IMG/VR virus record: IMGVR_UViG_3300013901_000008
Location: 42,522 to 106,521 of that record
Source: a virus
Lineage: Duplodnaviria; Caudoviricetes
Direction: 5' to 3' (one strand)
Length of the DNA: 64,000 bases
Shown here: in pieces, positions 38,483 to 48,611 of the stretch
How positions within the stretch are numbered: the stretch's first letter is position 1
Layout of the letters: each line of letters starts with the position of its first letter
The notes under the pieces: generated by a model
Databases searched by the model: none
Seen by the model: the letters and a program-made list of their open reading frames with translations, nothing else
Told to the model about the DNA's origin: nothing
Program-made: the position numbers and the translations under genes

Positions 38483-41284
38483 ATGAAATCACATCTTACC
38501 ATACTTATCGACGATAAACCTGCGGCGCAGTCTTCTGATTTCTCCATCGACATCGAGGATCAGAATCCTGTGTTCAATGATACCGAGATGTTTTCCTATC
38601 CATTTACCTTACCACTCAATGGCAACCGGTGGTTACTGAAGAATATCGAGGACCCACGTGCATCTATCCGTGCGGTCAACATGGAGCATAAGCCAACCAA
38701 GATTTATGCCGACGGATTGCCATTTCGCAGTGGTACCCTCGTGATGCAGGACGATGAGGAAATCAAGGATTCTCTCTCGATGAATATTGATGCCAGCACC
38801 CAGTCGTTCAGCGACCTTATCGGTTCTCTGAATTGCCGTGATATTCCTGTGAAGGACACTATTATTATTGGCGAAAAGATAGGCAATGTAAGGGTGGATA
38901 TTGAGAGTGACCCTGTGGTTAAGGTGAATGTGTTCATAGAGGGTGGAAAGCATAAGAGCGATAAGAATGAGACAAGAAAGATACAGGCTGCCCATGTTAG
39001 TGTAAGTAAGGTATTAGAGCCACAAGCCCTTGGGTTTTCTTATCCAGCAACTTGCGCAGAATATACTACGACTTCAACGGATCATTATAAAGCGGACGCT
39101 TACCAGGCGACATCTAAATCTTACGGAAAAGATATATCGGTAAATGTGCCTAAAAAAATAAATAACGGCAATTACATCAACGTTTCTGCTTCATACGGAG
39201 AAACGGATGCGGCAGGTCGTGCAGCAACTTATTGCAATGCCCGCGTCTGTTATAAACATCATGGTCTTGATGATGATGGACAGACATCCAGCGATGTGAT
39301 AGCTATCAAAGATTGTTCTTGGACTAATGAAGATCTTTATCCTTATTGGGTATTGGATGCGGACCGTCCTCAATCTGGTATATGTTTTTACGTACTTTAT
39401 TTTCTGGACTGTCTTTTTGATTACTTAGGTGTGTCGTTTGATAAATCAGCTTTGTTGGAAATCGAGGACTTTAAGCATCTTTGTTTCTTTACTACCGTTT
39501 GTTCTTATGATACCATGCAGCACCCTCATCATGGTACCTATTACACCGACGAGGATGAAGAAGTAATAGCCAAAAAGAAAAAGGCAGGAGAAATCAAGAC
39601 TGGATATTTCCAATCACAAGAGCATATCAATAGCTGGTTAAATTCTCGTGGCTGTGGAGGTCAGATTAACATCGTTAAGGCAGAAGACAAAGATACCCAG
39701 GAACTGACTTTAAGGAAGCCAGATGGTACGTCAGAGCATGTGCAAGTAGGCGAGGCTACCGAAGATGGAGGAAAGGTTACAGGTATTTCCATCGAAGCAC
39801 AGATAGAGAAATTTTCTGTTCAGGCAAATGTGCTTTATATGGTGGCTAATAGCGACAATTTCCCCGATGAGACTGTGAGCACTGTGATTAGTTCGCTTGA
39901 GAGTGCCTTTGGAATCAAGTTTTCCTACGACTACGAGCAGAAGAAAGTAACCGCTTATCTCGTTCGTGATGTTCTACGCAAAAGTGGGCAAGAAGCAAGA
40001 AATTTCCATGGCAATATTCACTCCATCGTACCTATGACCGAAAAGATTACAGGCGTAAGGATGAGATATTCCGAGGAGAGCGACTCGAAAGACCAAAAGC
40101 AGAATGTTAAGGATAGTCGCAAGAATAAGAACATGAATTATGAAACCGACTACAATTATATCGACTATCCTGAGCCTGATAGTGGAGATAATTCTACGGT
40201 CTATAACATGGACTATGTTGATTTCTTCCATAATTTAAGCAGTGGCGACAAGCATTGTTATATCGACCGAAAGACAGGCAATGCCTACCGTGTTAAGGTA
40301 AATAGCGATGCTACAACAACATCAGATTTGAAACCAGTTCTTTTCGAGGTAGGTCAGTATAAAGGTGTGGAATACGGTGATTGCAGTGAAGAGAATGAAG
40401 ATTTCATTCAGGATATTAGTATTGACTTTACTCCTGTACCTTTTAATGACGTGAATTATTTCAAAGAGATAGAATCTGCCTATGGTTCGCATGAGGCGGT
40501 AGATACCACTTCTGGCAAAAAGTATGGTGTTACCATCGAGAGTGGACAGCCTATTCTTTGCGCTTATGTGGATGAGGATATGAAGCATGAGTTTGTTGAG
40601 CAAATCATCAACCAAACTATATCCACTGCATTCTGCGATTTCTATATGCAGCAATCTTTAAAGTTGGTAGAAAGTTATGATCCGTCGGGCACAGACGACG
40701 GTAACTCACCATTACAAGACGATTCCCGTTGGGGCTTTGCGCTTGCTATGATGCGAGGCGGTGGCAGCGATGCTACCGTGCAGAACTATGATTACAATTA
40801 TGATGGTTTCGGTACTTCTAAGTGGCGCACAGCAGTAGGCAAGTATGCCCTTGCTTGTGATTCCATCGACATGATGGGCAACCTCTTCGACTATAATGGT
40901 GTGCAGGAAGGCTTGGGTAATGGCGAACGATTCTCTCTAAAGATACGAGCCTATAAGGAGCCGTCTTGGCTGAAAGACCCGAAATACAAAGACGTGGTTC
41001 TTTGCGACCCCGACGAGGTAGATGATAACGGCAACGTAGTAACCAAAATCAAGTCTCGTGGCTTGTTTGACACATTCATCTTGCCATACGCCTATTTCTT
41101 GCTCAATCGCAAGAAATACAAGATACGTTGCTCCACTACCGTGGCGCAGGTAGCCGATATTCCTAACCATTGGAAGGAGTGGTGGAACATCGGAGGTATC
41201 AAGTGCATCATCGACAAGGTGAATACGACCATCAGCGCAGAGACGGGTCTTGGTGAGGTAGAGCTTACCGTCTATGCCTTGTAA
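38483..41284 (+). CDS. Minor tail / baseplate hub-like protein
   Basis: 933 aa; N-terminal IEDQNPVF...FSYPFTLP..N typical of Bacteroidetes phage tail proteins. Confidence 0.7.
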   Translation: MKSHLTILIDDKPAAQSSDFSIDIEDQNPVFNDTEMFSYPFTLPLNGNRWLLKNIEDPRASIRAVNMEHKPTKIYADGLPFRSGTLVMQDDEEIKDSLSMNIDASTQSFSDLIGSLNCRDIPVKDTIIIGEKIGNVRVDIESDPVVKVNVFIEGGKHKSDKNETRKIQAAHVSVSKVLEPQALGFSYPATCAEYTTTSTDHYKADAYQATSKSYGKDISVNVPKKINNGNYINVSASYGETDAAGRAATYCNARVCYKHHGLDDDGQTSSDVIAIKDCSWTNEDLYPYWVLDADRPQSGICFYVLYFLDCLFDYLGVSFDKSALLEIEDFKHLCFFTTVCSYDTMQHPHHGTYYTDEDEEVIAKKKKAGEIKTGYFQSQEHINSWLNSRGCGGQINIVKAEDKDTQELTLRKPDGTSEHVQVGEATEDGGKVTGISIEAQIEKFSVQANVLYMVANSDNFPDETVSTVISSLESAFGIKFSYDYEQKKVTAYLVRDVLRKSGQEARNFHGNIHSIVPMTEKITGVRMRYSEESDSKDQKQNVKDSRKNKNMNYETDYNYIDYPEPDSGDNSTVYNMDYVDFFHNLSSGDKHCYIDRKTGNAYRVKVNSDATTTSDLKPVLFEVGQYKGVEYGDCSEENEDFIQDISIDFTPVPFNDVNYFKEIESAYGSHEAVDTTSGKKYGVTIESGQPILCAYVDEDMKHEFVEQIINQTISTAFCDFYMQQSLKLVESYDPSGTDDGNSPLQDDSRWGFALAMMRGGGSDATVQNYDYNYDGFGTSKWRTAVGKYALACDSIDMMGNLFDYNGVQEGLGNGERFSLKIRAYKEPSWLKDPKYKDVVLCDPDEVDDNGNVVTKIKSRGLFDTFILPYAYFLLNRKKYKIRCSTTVAQVADIPNHWKEWWNIGGIKCIIDKVNTTISAETGLGEVELTVYAL

Positions 41285-41347
41285 TATCTATGTCTTAATA
41301 TAAAGGTAGATTTACAGAACGTCTAAATGATATAAAAACAAAAAACT

Positions 41348-42571
41348 ATGAACAAAGAAAATATTTACATCACTGGCTTGGGCATCCACTCTTGCCTGGG
41401 CAGTGATATTCCGTCATTCGCCAAAGCCTTGCACGATGGCAAGTGCGGCTTACATCATGATAGCGAGCGAAAGGCAAAGGGCTATCAATCGGATTTGTGC
41501 GGTGCGGTACCATCAGTGCCTGAAGACTTGATAACGAGTCTCACAAGAGCGCAATATCAATGTTTCTCCCGACCTACGTTTTATGCACTTAGCGCAGTAA
41601 AGCAAGCCTTGCACCAAGCTTGCATATCGGATGATTTCTTATCCGAGCACCATGTATCGCTCATCGTAAGCAACGACTCTACGGCTGGCGAGATGATGCG
41701 CACGGGCACTACTATGCAGCAAAAGAATGATACTCGTTATTTGGGCGCAGGCGCAGTTTTTCGCTCTCTTAATTCTACGGTCAGTATGAACCTTGCATCC
41801 TTGCTTGGCATACATGGCTTGTCGCTTACCGTGAGTGCGGCTTGCGCTGGCGGCGGCCATGCCTTGGGCTTAGGTAAGATGCTTCTTGATACCAAGCAAA
41901 CGGAAATGGTGATAGTAGTAGGAGCACAAGAGGATGGCGTGGCTTCCATGCAGTCTTTTGACGCGCTGGGTGTCTTTACCGATACCAAGGTGCAGCCTTT
42001 CGGGAAAGGACGCACAGGTCTTGCTCCTTCGGGTGGCGCAGCTTGTGTGATATTGGAACCGGAACACAACTTTCATCTACGAGCAAAGAAACTCCAACCA
42101 TGGGCGATATTATCGGGCTATGGCTTCTCATCGAATGGCACAGCTATCAGTACTCCCCTCGCCTACCAAGAATCCGTTTCCATGATTAAGGCGATGGATG
42201 ATGCTGGTATCGACGAAGGTTTGATAGATGTGATTCTCGCCCATGCTACTGGCACTACCATGGGTGATGAAGCAGAAGCGACTGCCATTGGCGATACTTT
42301 CGGTATGTGTCCAAAAGTGGTTGCCACAAAAGGTATGACCGGACACGAGTGCTGGATGGCTGGCGTATCGCAAGCCGTGCAAGCCGCCCTCATATTGAAT
42401 AAAGCATCCCTTCCTGGGTGCGTTGGCACCGAAAAAAATGCTTTCCCTAAGCTAAACCTCGTGATGAAGACAATGAATTATCAACCGCACAACATTCTCT
42501 GCAATGCCTTTGGCTTCGGCGGTACCAATTCATCTTTCATTATCTCCAAATTCGATAACAATAAATTATAA
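41348..42571 (+). CDS. Beta-ketoacyl-ACP synthase (FabB/FabF superfamily)
   Basis: ITGLGIHSCLG; catalytic Cys in SAACAGG; His in AHATGT; second His in TKGMTGHECWMAG; NAFGFGGTN. Confidence 0.95.
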   Translation: MNKENIYITGLGIHSCLGSDIPSFAKALHDGKCGLHHDSERKAKGYQSDLCGAVPSVPEDLITSLTRAQYQCFSRPTFYALSAVKQALHQACISDDFLSEHHVSLIVSNDSTAGEMMRTGTTMQQKNDTRYLGAGAVFRSLNSTVSMNLASLLGIHGLSLTVSAACAGGGHALGLGKMLLDTKQTEMVIVVGAQEDGVASMQSFDALGVFTDTKVQPFGKGRTGLAPSGGAACVILEPEHNFHLRAKKLQPWAILSGYGFSSNGTAISTPLAYQESVSMIKAMDDAGIDEGLIDVILAHATGTTMGDEAEATAIGDTFGMCPKVVATKGMTGHECWMAGVSQAVQAALILNKASLPGCVGTEKNAFPKLNLVMKTMNYQPHNILCNAFGFGGTNSSFIISKFDNNKL

Positions 42572-42576
42572 GCAAT

Positions 42577-42834
42577 ATGGAAAAAGAAGAAATTAAGAAG
42601 CGGCTTCATACCATTATTGATGGCTTGAAATCTCCACTGAATGATATGGAAGTAGATGATAATTCCAACCTACGAGAGGACATCGGGTTGGAATCCATTG
42701 ATTTTCTTGATATGATCCTTCAGACGGAAACGATGTTTAATATCAAGATTACTCCCGAAGAGGCATCGTCTTGCAAGTTGGTTTCCGACTTCATCGGTCT
42801 TGTGGAGCGAAAGGTTGACGAGAACGGAAAGTAG
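42577..42834 (+). CDS. Acyl carrier protein
   Basis: 85 aa, acidic; LREDIGLESIDFLDMI with phosphopantetheine Ser in a variant ESI context; E..FNIKI. Confidence 0.9.
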   Translation: MEKEEIKKRLHTIIDGLKSPLNDMEVDDNSNLREDIGLESIDFLDMILQTETMFNIKITPEEASSCKLVSDFIGLVERKVDENGK

Positions 42835-42872
42835 CACAAGAGTTTGTTGCCTAGATAGAAATATATAAAAGA

Positions 42873-42919
42873 CAAATCTCCTTTGCTCACCTTATTTATA
42901 AAGCGAGCAAAGAGATTTG
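42873..42919 (+). other. Long hairpin after the ACP gene (no U-tract)
   Basis: CAAATCTC-CTTTGCTC / GAGCAAAG-AGATTTG. Confidence 0.6.
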
Positions 42920-42950
42920 AGAAGCATAAATCAATAATACATAAAACAAT

Positions 42951-44006
42951 ATGGCAAAGAAAATCAATCTAACGTCGGGTTCCATCCTTGCCGGCAACCC
43001 TATCACGTTCACCATACAGCCAGAGCAATATAAGAATCCGTCTTTTCATCGGGTAATCGTGGAAGTAACATACGATAAAGATGGAAGCTATGAGACGATC
43101 CAGCTAAATGTGCCTATCACCAAGGAAGGTAACGATGTAGAGATAGATGTATCATCCGCTTTGCGCGTACCTTTGGAGGATTATGAATATACTCCACAAG
43201 CGGCTACCTATCCGATGGTAAAATGGTACATAAGGGCATACGATGAGTATATGGATAGTAATGGCGAAGTACATACCAACGTAGGCGAACAATACTATCC
43301 GCAGAAGCCAGATGCAAGCACAGGTGGCGCAACCAACCTGCGCTGCATCATAGGCGCGTTCTCGGATATAGAGCGATTGACATCCGGCGTAAGCAAGGAT
43401 GTAACGTCTCTGTCTCGTAAGCCGAAGTCTTCGCCCGAAATGGCAGTGATAGGCGATGAATATGCTTATACTCCAGCCTACGCCAAGGCTCAATCCCTGG
43501 CAACAAGTAGCAGCCTTGTTGCGCCCGCATCCAGGATAGAGACTATCACAAAGGAAGGCTTGCAAACTATCGGCGAACATTCAGTATATGCCATTCCTCA
43601 AAGCGAGGCAACCCATCGCATGAATTTTCGCTTCATCAATTCCTTTGGAGTATTGGAGAGCATCAATGTGCCACGCTCCTACAGCGAGAAAATATCCATC
43701 CAAAGCGAGGAATATACGGTGGCAAAGATAGAAACCTTCAATAGTTTCTCCCGCTCTGCCATCAACAAGAGAAACAACCGGGAGTCCTGGCTATTTGTTA
43801 CCGACCCATTGGATAAGTCTTGGTTGCGTTGGTACCTGCACGAGTTCTTGATGAGTGAGCATGTATGGATAGACGTAAACTGCAACTGGATTCCCTGCAC
43901 CCTAACATCGGAAGAAGAAATCACGATGATGGATAGGACTAATACCAATATGTATTCAGTATCGTTCACGGCGAAACTGGATATTTATGGTTCGCCAATA
44001 TTATAG
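42951..44006 (+). CDS. Putative minor tail protein (distal-tail-like)
   Basis: 351 aa; FRFINSFGVLES and WYLHEFLMSEHVW motifs common in Bacteroidetes phage tail genes. Confidence 0.65.
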   Translation: MAKKINLTSGSILAGNPITFTIQPEQYKNPSFHRVIVEVTYDKDGSYETIQLNVPITKEGNDVEIDVSSALRVPLEDYEYTPQAATYPMVKWYIRAYDEYMDSNGEVHTNVGEQYYPQKPDASTGGATNLRCIIGAFSDIERLTSGVSKDVTSLSRKPKSSPEMAVIGDEYAYTPAYAKAQSLATSSSLVAPASRIETITKEGLQTIGEHSVYAIPQSEATHRMNFRFINSFGVLESINVPRSYSEKISIQSEEYTVAKIETFNSFSRSAINKRNNRESWLFVTDPLDKSWLRWYLHEFLMSEHVWIDVNCNWIPCTLTSEEEITMMDRTNTNMYSVSFTAKLDIYGSPIL

Positions 44007-44084
44007 GCTTATATTTGCATTCACTAAACAGTCTCATTATAAAAAGGCTTGTCGGCTTTATCAGAGAAGCCCATCCTTACCTTT

Positions 44085-44127
44085 AACACCCAAGCGATTC
44101 ACCTGCGGAATCGCTTGGGTGTTTTTT
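44085..44127 (+). terminator. Rho-independent terminator whose T-run overlaps the next promoter box
   Basis: AACACCCAAGCGATTC / GAATCGCTTGGGTGTT perfect stem. Confidence 0.8.
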
Positions 44128-44161
44128 GTCCCAACAATAAAAAAGCCTTTTTGTAACTTTG
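44125..44161 (+). promoter_or_regulatory. Putative late-type promoter for the tail fibre/DGR operon
   Basis: TTTGTCCC 44125-44132, N21, TAACTTTG 44154-44161. Confidence 0.75.
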
Positions 44162-44212
44162 CACCATAATCAAAACATAAAACATCAAGTAACGAGATAA
44201 CGAGAGAACGAG

Positions 44213-47200
44213 ATGGCAACAGAAGCTAAGACTACAAATTATTGGATAGCGAGCAATGCGCTCTACATTCAACTCAATGCAATGGGTAATCCTAACCGCA
44301 TACAAGGTAGTGCGGTTAGCGGAGCCTCCATACTCTGTTATATGCAGGGCATCGAGGGCTTGGGCTATGATGCAGGGCACAATTATCAGCGTTGGCAGTT
44401 GGTAGCCTATCCTTCCGAGTTTCCGGACACAGCAGCAAGATACGTATATGCTGCCATTCCTCGTAAGCGAACATCTGATAACGATGTTGCCATCATCTCC
44501 TACCCTAGCCAGCAGATAGACATCTACGGTAAGACTATAGAAGACAATCCTAAGCAGCTAGGAGATGAGAATTATTATTATATCTTTTTGCAAGGTATCA
44601 TATCCGAAGTAGAGACAGATGATAGCGGCAATCGTAGCCGAGAGTGGAAACAAAACTTCGACTGCGGTTCTCTTGCTACCGATGAAGCCTTGGCAAGTGG
44701 TGGGGAAGGTAGTTGGTGGCAATATAATTCGGTTAGTGATTCTGTTACTTTCTTAAAGACAATCTTAAAAGCTACGTTTGATTCTTTATCAGCTAAAGTA
44801 GCTAATATTACTAAGCTTATTCTTGGTGGTAAAGAATTGAACGGTATTGCCGATGAAAATACTATCGAGACTAGTCAAGAAAAGGTGGTGACACCGCAGT
44901 ACCTTGGGCAGTTTGGCGTAAAGCATTTCCTTGCAAAAGATAAGGATGATGAAGCAAGTGGAGTTATAACGTTCCTTTCTGGCATTAAGTTTGGAGCGGA
45001 CAAACTTTGGGAAATTACCAAGGATGGTATTGCTCGTTTGTCAGCATTGGTCGTTAAAGGTGATGTGCAAGTAGGTGAAGTTGACAAACCTGTTTCTGCA
45101 AAGTTTGGTCACTACCAGGCTGACTCTACGGGTGCTCAGATTTCAGTCAAGCAGGACGGTACATCCATCGCCGAGTTTGACTATATCACCATCCGCAGGG
45201 CGGCTGACTTCCGCAGCATCACCATCCACGAATTGCGTTATATCGGCGGTGAGCTTGCCATTACGCCTGCCGCCATGCAGGTGAGCAAGGTGGAACGGCT
45301 TGATGCGAATGGTAATGTGTTGACGGACGATGACACCACCGAGCCTAATAAGTACAAGTGCTACTTCGACACGACCGATACCAAGGGAGAGAAAAAGGCT
45401 TACAATGAGTTTATGGTGGGCGACCAGGCGAGGTGTCAGCAATTTGGCATTTCCGAGGGTACGCATGAGTTCGTGAAGACCAAGTACTATTGGCGGTTGG
45501 TTGTGGAGGTTGGCGAGGACTATATTGTGCTATCCAACGTTGACAAAGACCCTTTGACCACCAGCGAACCGTCCGTGAACGACAACATCGTGCAGCTTGG
45601 CTATCGCTACGACGACCAAGCCAACAGGCAGGCGGCCATCATCCTCTCTGCCACCTCCAATGATGCACCAAGCCAGAAGTACTACCAAGGTATCAACGAC
45701 TACTCTCTTGACCATGTTGTCAAGGACGAGGGATATGATGCCGCATTGGGCGTGTTCCACTGCAACGTGTATGGTGATAGCTATACTGGCGACAAGGACG
45801 GACAGGGCTACTTCAAGTATGACTCGAAGACCAAGAAGGCGACCTTCAAGGGTACGATGGTGTTCAACTCGGACTCCACCCTGCCCGACGGCTCTTCTGT
45901 TGACGAGATAGCGAAGAAGGAGGACTTGCACGACCTCAACATCAAGAGTGGAAATCTCTTGCGCAATACTTCCTTCTGTGGAGACTACGAGAGTGTTGAC
46001 ATATCGGAAGACACCGAGATTTCTGATGACAAGGAGGTGTATTCCGAGAAGTTGAAGTATTGGAAGATGGATGGTGCGTCTGTGATTGATGCCGATGAAT
46101 CAACGAGCGGAAAGGTTGTGTTGGTAAATGGAACCTTGTCACAGGAGTTTGCCCAGCCATTGCTCGAAGGCAAGGACTATGTACTCTCCTTCAAGGGAAA
46201 GGGCACGGCCGTGGAGGTGAGCGTGGGCGGCGAGTCGCACAGCGTGGATATGACTTCCACATTCGAGCGATACGAGCTTCATGTCAAGTGTGCGAATGCG
46301 ACCGACAAGGTTTTCGCCATGTCTGGCAACGGCTGTACCGTCTGTGAGATTATGCTTTCCTACGGAACTATCGCCCCTGCTTGGTCTCCTGCCTACTCGG
46401 ACAATGACAAGAGCGTGTCCGAATTTCAGAATTTGAAGTTTTTGACCGATGCCATGACGGAAGGTTCTACGACCATTGACGGTGGCTTGGTCATGTCTCA
46501 GCAATTCAAGGTGGGCAATTTCCGTGACCGTAAGATGGTCAAGGAGACTGGCGGAATGAGCGGATATTACAACGATGACAACTCTCCGTTCCTTTGGGGA
46601 GGTGGCTCGTTGGAGCAAGCCATTTACACGATTCAGAAGTACAAGGATGACCCTACTTACCAGCCTACGGATGACGAACTAAAGAACATGGCTAATTTCG
46701 TCGTGACACATGGGGGGCGTGCTATTCTCAACGACATCGTGCTTCGTGGAATCATCTACGCCGAGGGTGGTGTCATGAAGTCCATTAAGTCACCGAATGG
46801 AAACTTCGAGATTGACGAAAGCGGAAACACTAAGCTCAAAGGTGAGATAAATGCCACCAAGGGAACGATTGGAGGGTTTGAAATCAACTCTGGTAGCATT
46901 GGCACTGCTGTAGTGAAGGAGAAAGATGACGAAGGCAATGAGGACATCGGCTATGGCAAGGATGACAAGATGTCTCTCTTGAACGATTTCATCGTGTTCA
47001 ATGGAAAGAATCGACAAGCTATCTTGGGACAATGGAGTACGTTTGGCACACCTATATTGATGCGATTGCTTGATGAGGTCGATGACATCTTGACAAGATA
47101 TGGTGCGTTTATTTCCGTAAAGAACAAAAAAGGCGAAGCTTGTGCCTTGGGTTTTGGCGGTGGCTACACATCTGGTTTGGCTTTGAAGACGAAAGGACTT

Positions 47201-47560
47201 ACAGCAAGCAACAATGTCATTGACAGAAGTGTGAATGTAGCCTTGTTGATGGACTATAATTGTGATTATCAACTTCCAGATATGTACCCTTATGATGATG
47301 GTCACATGGTGATGATTAAGCGTATGAACGGCGGTAGCAAAGATAATGCCGTAAAAGTCTTGGCAGGGAAATATTATGATGCTGCTGGTGTCGAACATCA
47401 AACATATTTTATGATTGACCAAGGAGCGAAAGTTACGGAACTTGGCATAGGTAGTATCTCTGATGCCATGATTCTTATATTTGCAAGTGGAATGTATCAT
47501 AATGAGGATAAAAAAGAGTATGGTTGTTGGGTTCAATTCAAGTGCCCTCGTGATTGGTAA
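44213..47560 (+). CDS. Tail fibre / tail tip protein with carbohydrate-binding-like module
   Basis: 1115 aa; KYYWRLV..VG.DYI.LS...P...DNIVQLG..RQ.AII motif; GNLLRNTSF CBM-like segment; GTIGGFEI. Confidence 0.75.
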   Translation: MATEAKTTNYWIASNALYIQLNAMGNPNRIQGSAVSGASILCYMQGIEGLGYDAGHNYQRWQLVAYPSEFPDTAARYVYAAIPRKRTSDNDVAIISYPSQQIDIYGKTIEDNPKQLGDENYYYIFLQGIISEVETDDSGNRSREWKQNFDCGSLATDEALASGGEGSWWQYNSVSDSVTFLKTILKATFDSLSAKVANITKLILGGKELNGIADENTIETSQEKVVTPQYLGQFGVKHFLAKDKDDEASGVITFLSGIKFGADKLWEITKDGIARLSALVVKGDVQVGEVDKPVSAKFGHYQADSTGAQISVKQDGTSIAEFDYITIRRAADFRSITIHELRYIGGELAITPAAMQVSKVERLDANGNVLTDDDTTEPNKYKCYFDTTDTKGEKKAYNEFMVGDQARCQQFGISEGTHEFVKTKYYWRLVVEVGEDYIVLSNVDKDPLTTSEPSVNDNIVQLGYRYDDQANRQAAIILSATSNDAPSQKYYQGINDYSLDHVVKDEGYDAALGVFHCNVYGDSYTGDKDGQGYFKYDSKTKKATFKGTMVFNSDSTLPDGSSVDEIAKKEDLHDLNIKSGNLLRNTSFCGDYESVDISEDTEISDDKEVYSEKLKYWKMDGASVIDADESTSGKVVLVNGTLSQEFAQPLLEGKDYVLSFKGKGTAVEVSVGGESHSVDMTSTFERYELHVKCANATDKVFAMSGNGCTVCEIMLSYGTIAPAWSPAYSDNDKSVSEFQNLKFLTDAMTEGSTTIDGGLVMSQQFKVGNFRDRKMVKETGGMSGYYNDDNSPFLWGGGSLEQAIYTIQKYKDDPTYQPTDDELKNMANFVVTHGGRAILNDIVLRGIIYAEGGVMKSIKSPNGNFEIDESGNTKLKGEINATKGTIGGFEINSGSIGTAVVKEKDDEGNEDIGYGKDDKMSLLNDFIVFNGKNRQAILGQWSTFGTPILMRLLDEVDDILTRYGAFISVKNKKGEACALGFGGGYTSGLALKTKGLTASNNVIDRSVNVALLMDYNCDYQLPDMYPYDDGHMVMIKRMNGGSKDNAVKVLAGKYYDAAGVEHQTYFMIDQGAKVTELGIGSISDAMILIFASGMYHNEDKKEYGCWVQFKCPRDW

Positions 47561-47579
47561 AAACAAGAAATAAGATATT

Positions 47580-48398
47580 ATGGAACAACTTAACAAGACC
47601 CCGACATCGGGGAAATTCAGCGACGTGGCCAAGGTGCTTGACACCAATTTCGGACTTGTGGTGACGAAGCTCATGGAGCTAGACGAGTCGAGTAAGGCGA
47701 AGGAGATGAACTGTGGTTTCTACTCATCGCTATCCGAGTTGCAGACGGCTTACCCGAACCCCGACAAGGGCATGATGGCCTACGTGGGGAGCGGAACGGA
47801 CTATACTGTGTATCGCTGCAAGGCGGATGGGACGTGGACTGTCACGACTGAGACGTTCAAGGTGAACATCAGTGTTGACCTTTCGACCTATGCCACGAAG
47901 GAGGCGTTGCAAGCCGTGGGCGAGAAAGCGGATGCTCTCATGCAGGGTGCGGTGTATTGCGGACTTGCGGCGAGGGTAACGAATCCTGGTACTCCCAAGA
48001 CCAAGGTGTTCTACCTGCCTACCGAGGTGGGCGATTACACTAACTTCGGCGGTCTGTCCGTGGCAGAGAACGAAATAGCCTTCCTGTACTACGACGGCTC
48101 TGAGTGGAAGAAGCATTCCGTGGATTTCTCCACTGCTATCAAGGAAGCCAAGGACACGGCAACCACGGCGGCTACGGACGCAGGCAACGCATTGGCTAAG
48201 GCTAATGCCGCCAATACAACCGCCAACACCAACAAGCAGAACTTGGAGACAGCTGTTGGGCGCATAGATACCTTGGAGAAAAACGTGGAAAGCATGGCAT
48301 CGTCCATCCCCAAGATTATATCCATGACGGAGACCGCATACGAGGCGTTGGCGACGAAAGACCCGAACACTTACTATATGCTCTACGAGGAGGAATAG
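47580..48398 (+). CDS. Tail fibre-associated protein
   Basis: 272 aa; L.TAYPNP..G..AYVG, coiled coil, C-terminal YEAL.TKDPNTYY. Confidence 0.7.
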   Translation: MEQLNKTPTSGKFSDVAKVLDTNFGLVVTKLMELDESSKAKEMNCGFYSSLSELQTAYPNPDKGMMAYVGSGTDYTVYRCKADGTWTVTTETFKVNISVDLSTYATKEALQAVGEKADALMQGAVYCGLAARVTNPGTPKTKVFYLPTEVGDYTNFGGLSVAENEIAFLYYDGSEWKKHSVDFSTAIKEAKDTATTAATDAGNALAKANAANTTANTNKQNLETAVGRIDTLEKNVESMASSIPKIISMTETAYEALATKDPNTYYMLYEEE

Positions 48399-48401
48399 CC
48401 T

Positions 48402-48572
48402 ATGATAGTTATCAACAACAAGGAGGTTTCCGCCATCCGCTTGGGCGAGAAGGTGGTGAGTGCGGTATATAAGGGCGCAGTGCTTGTTTGGCAGGCTATT
48501 CGTTCCTGCTTTGGTATGGGCTATTGGGATGATGACCAACCATGGAAGGATGATGACGCATGGAAAGATTAG
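48402..48572 (+). CDS. Small tail-associated protein (56 aa, MIVINNKEVSAIRLGEKVVSAVYKG...W), not in the ORF track
   Basis: Starts 3 nt after the upstream stop; I..G...V..VY.G..LVW motif. Confidence 0.7.
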   Translation: MIVINNKEVSAIRLGEKVVSAVYKGAVLVWQAIRSCFGMGYWDDDQPWKDDDAWKD

Positions 48573-48611
48573 ATATTAAGAATGAATTTGTAATGTTAAA
48601 ACACGTAGTTT

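Noticed and set aside
41348-42834. Host chromosomal fabF-acpP locus marking a prophage boundary
   Set aside because: Flanked on both sides by co-oriented phage tail genes, the order is KS then ACP, and no other host genes are adjacent
44213-48572. Second DGR target (additional VR)
   Set aside because: No further copy of the TR or its GTTCGTCCTGTCGCCGC end was seen by eye in this window; a computational search, including outside the window, is still needed
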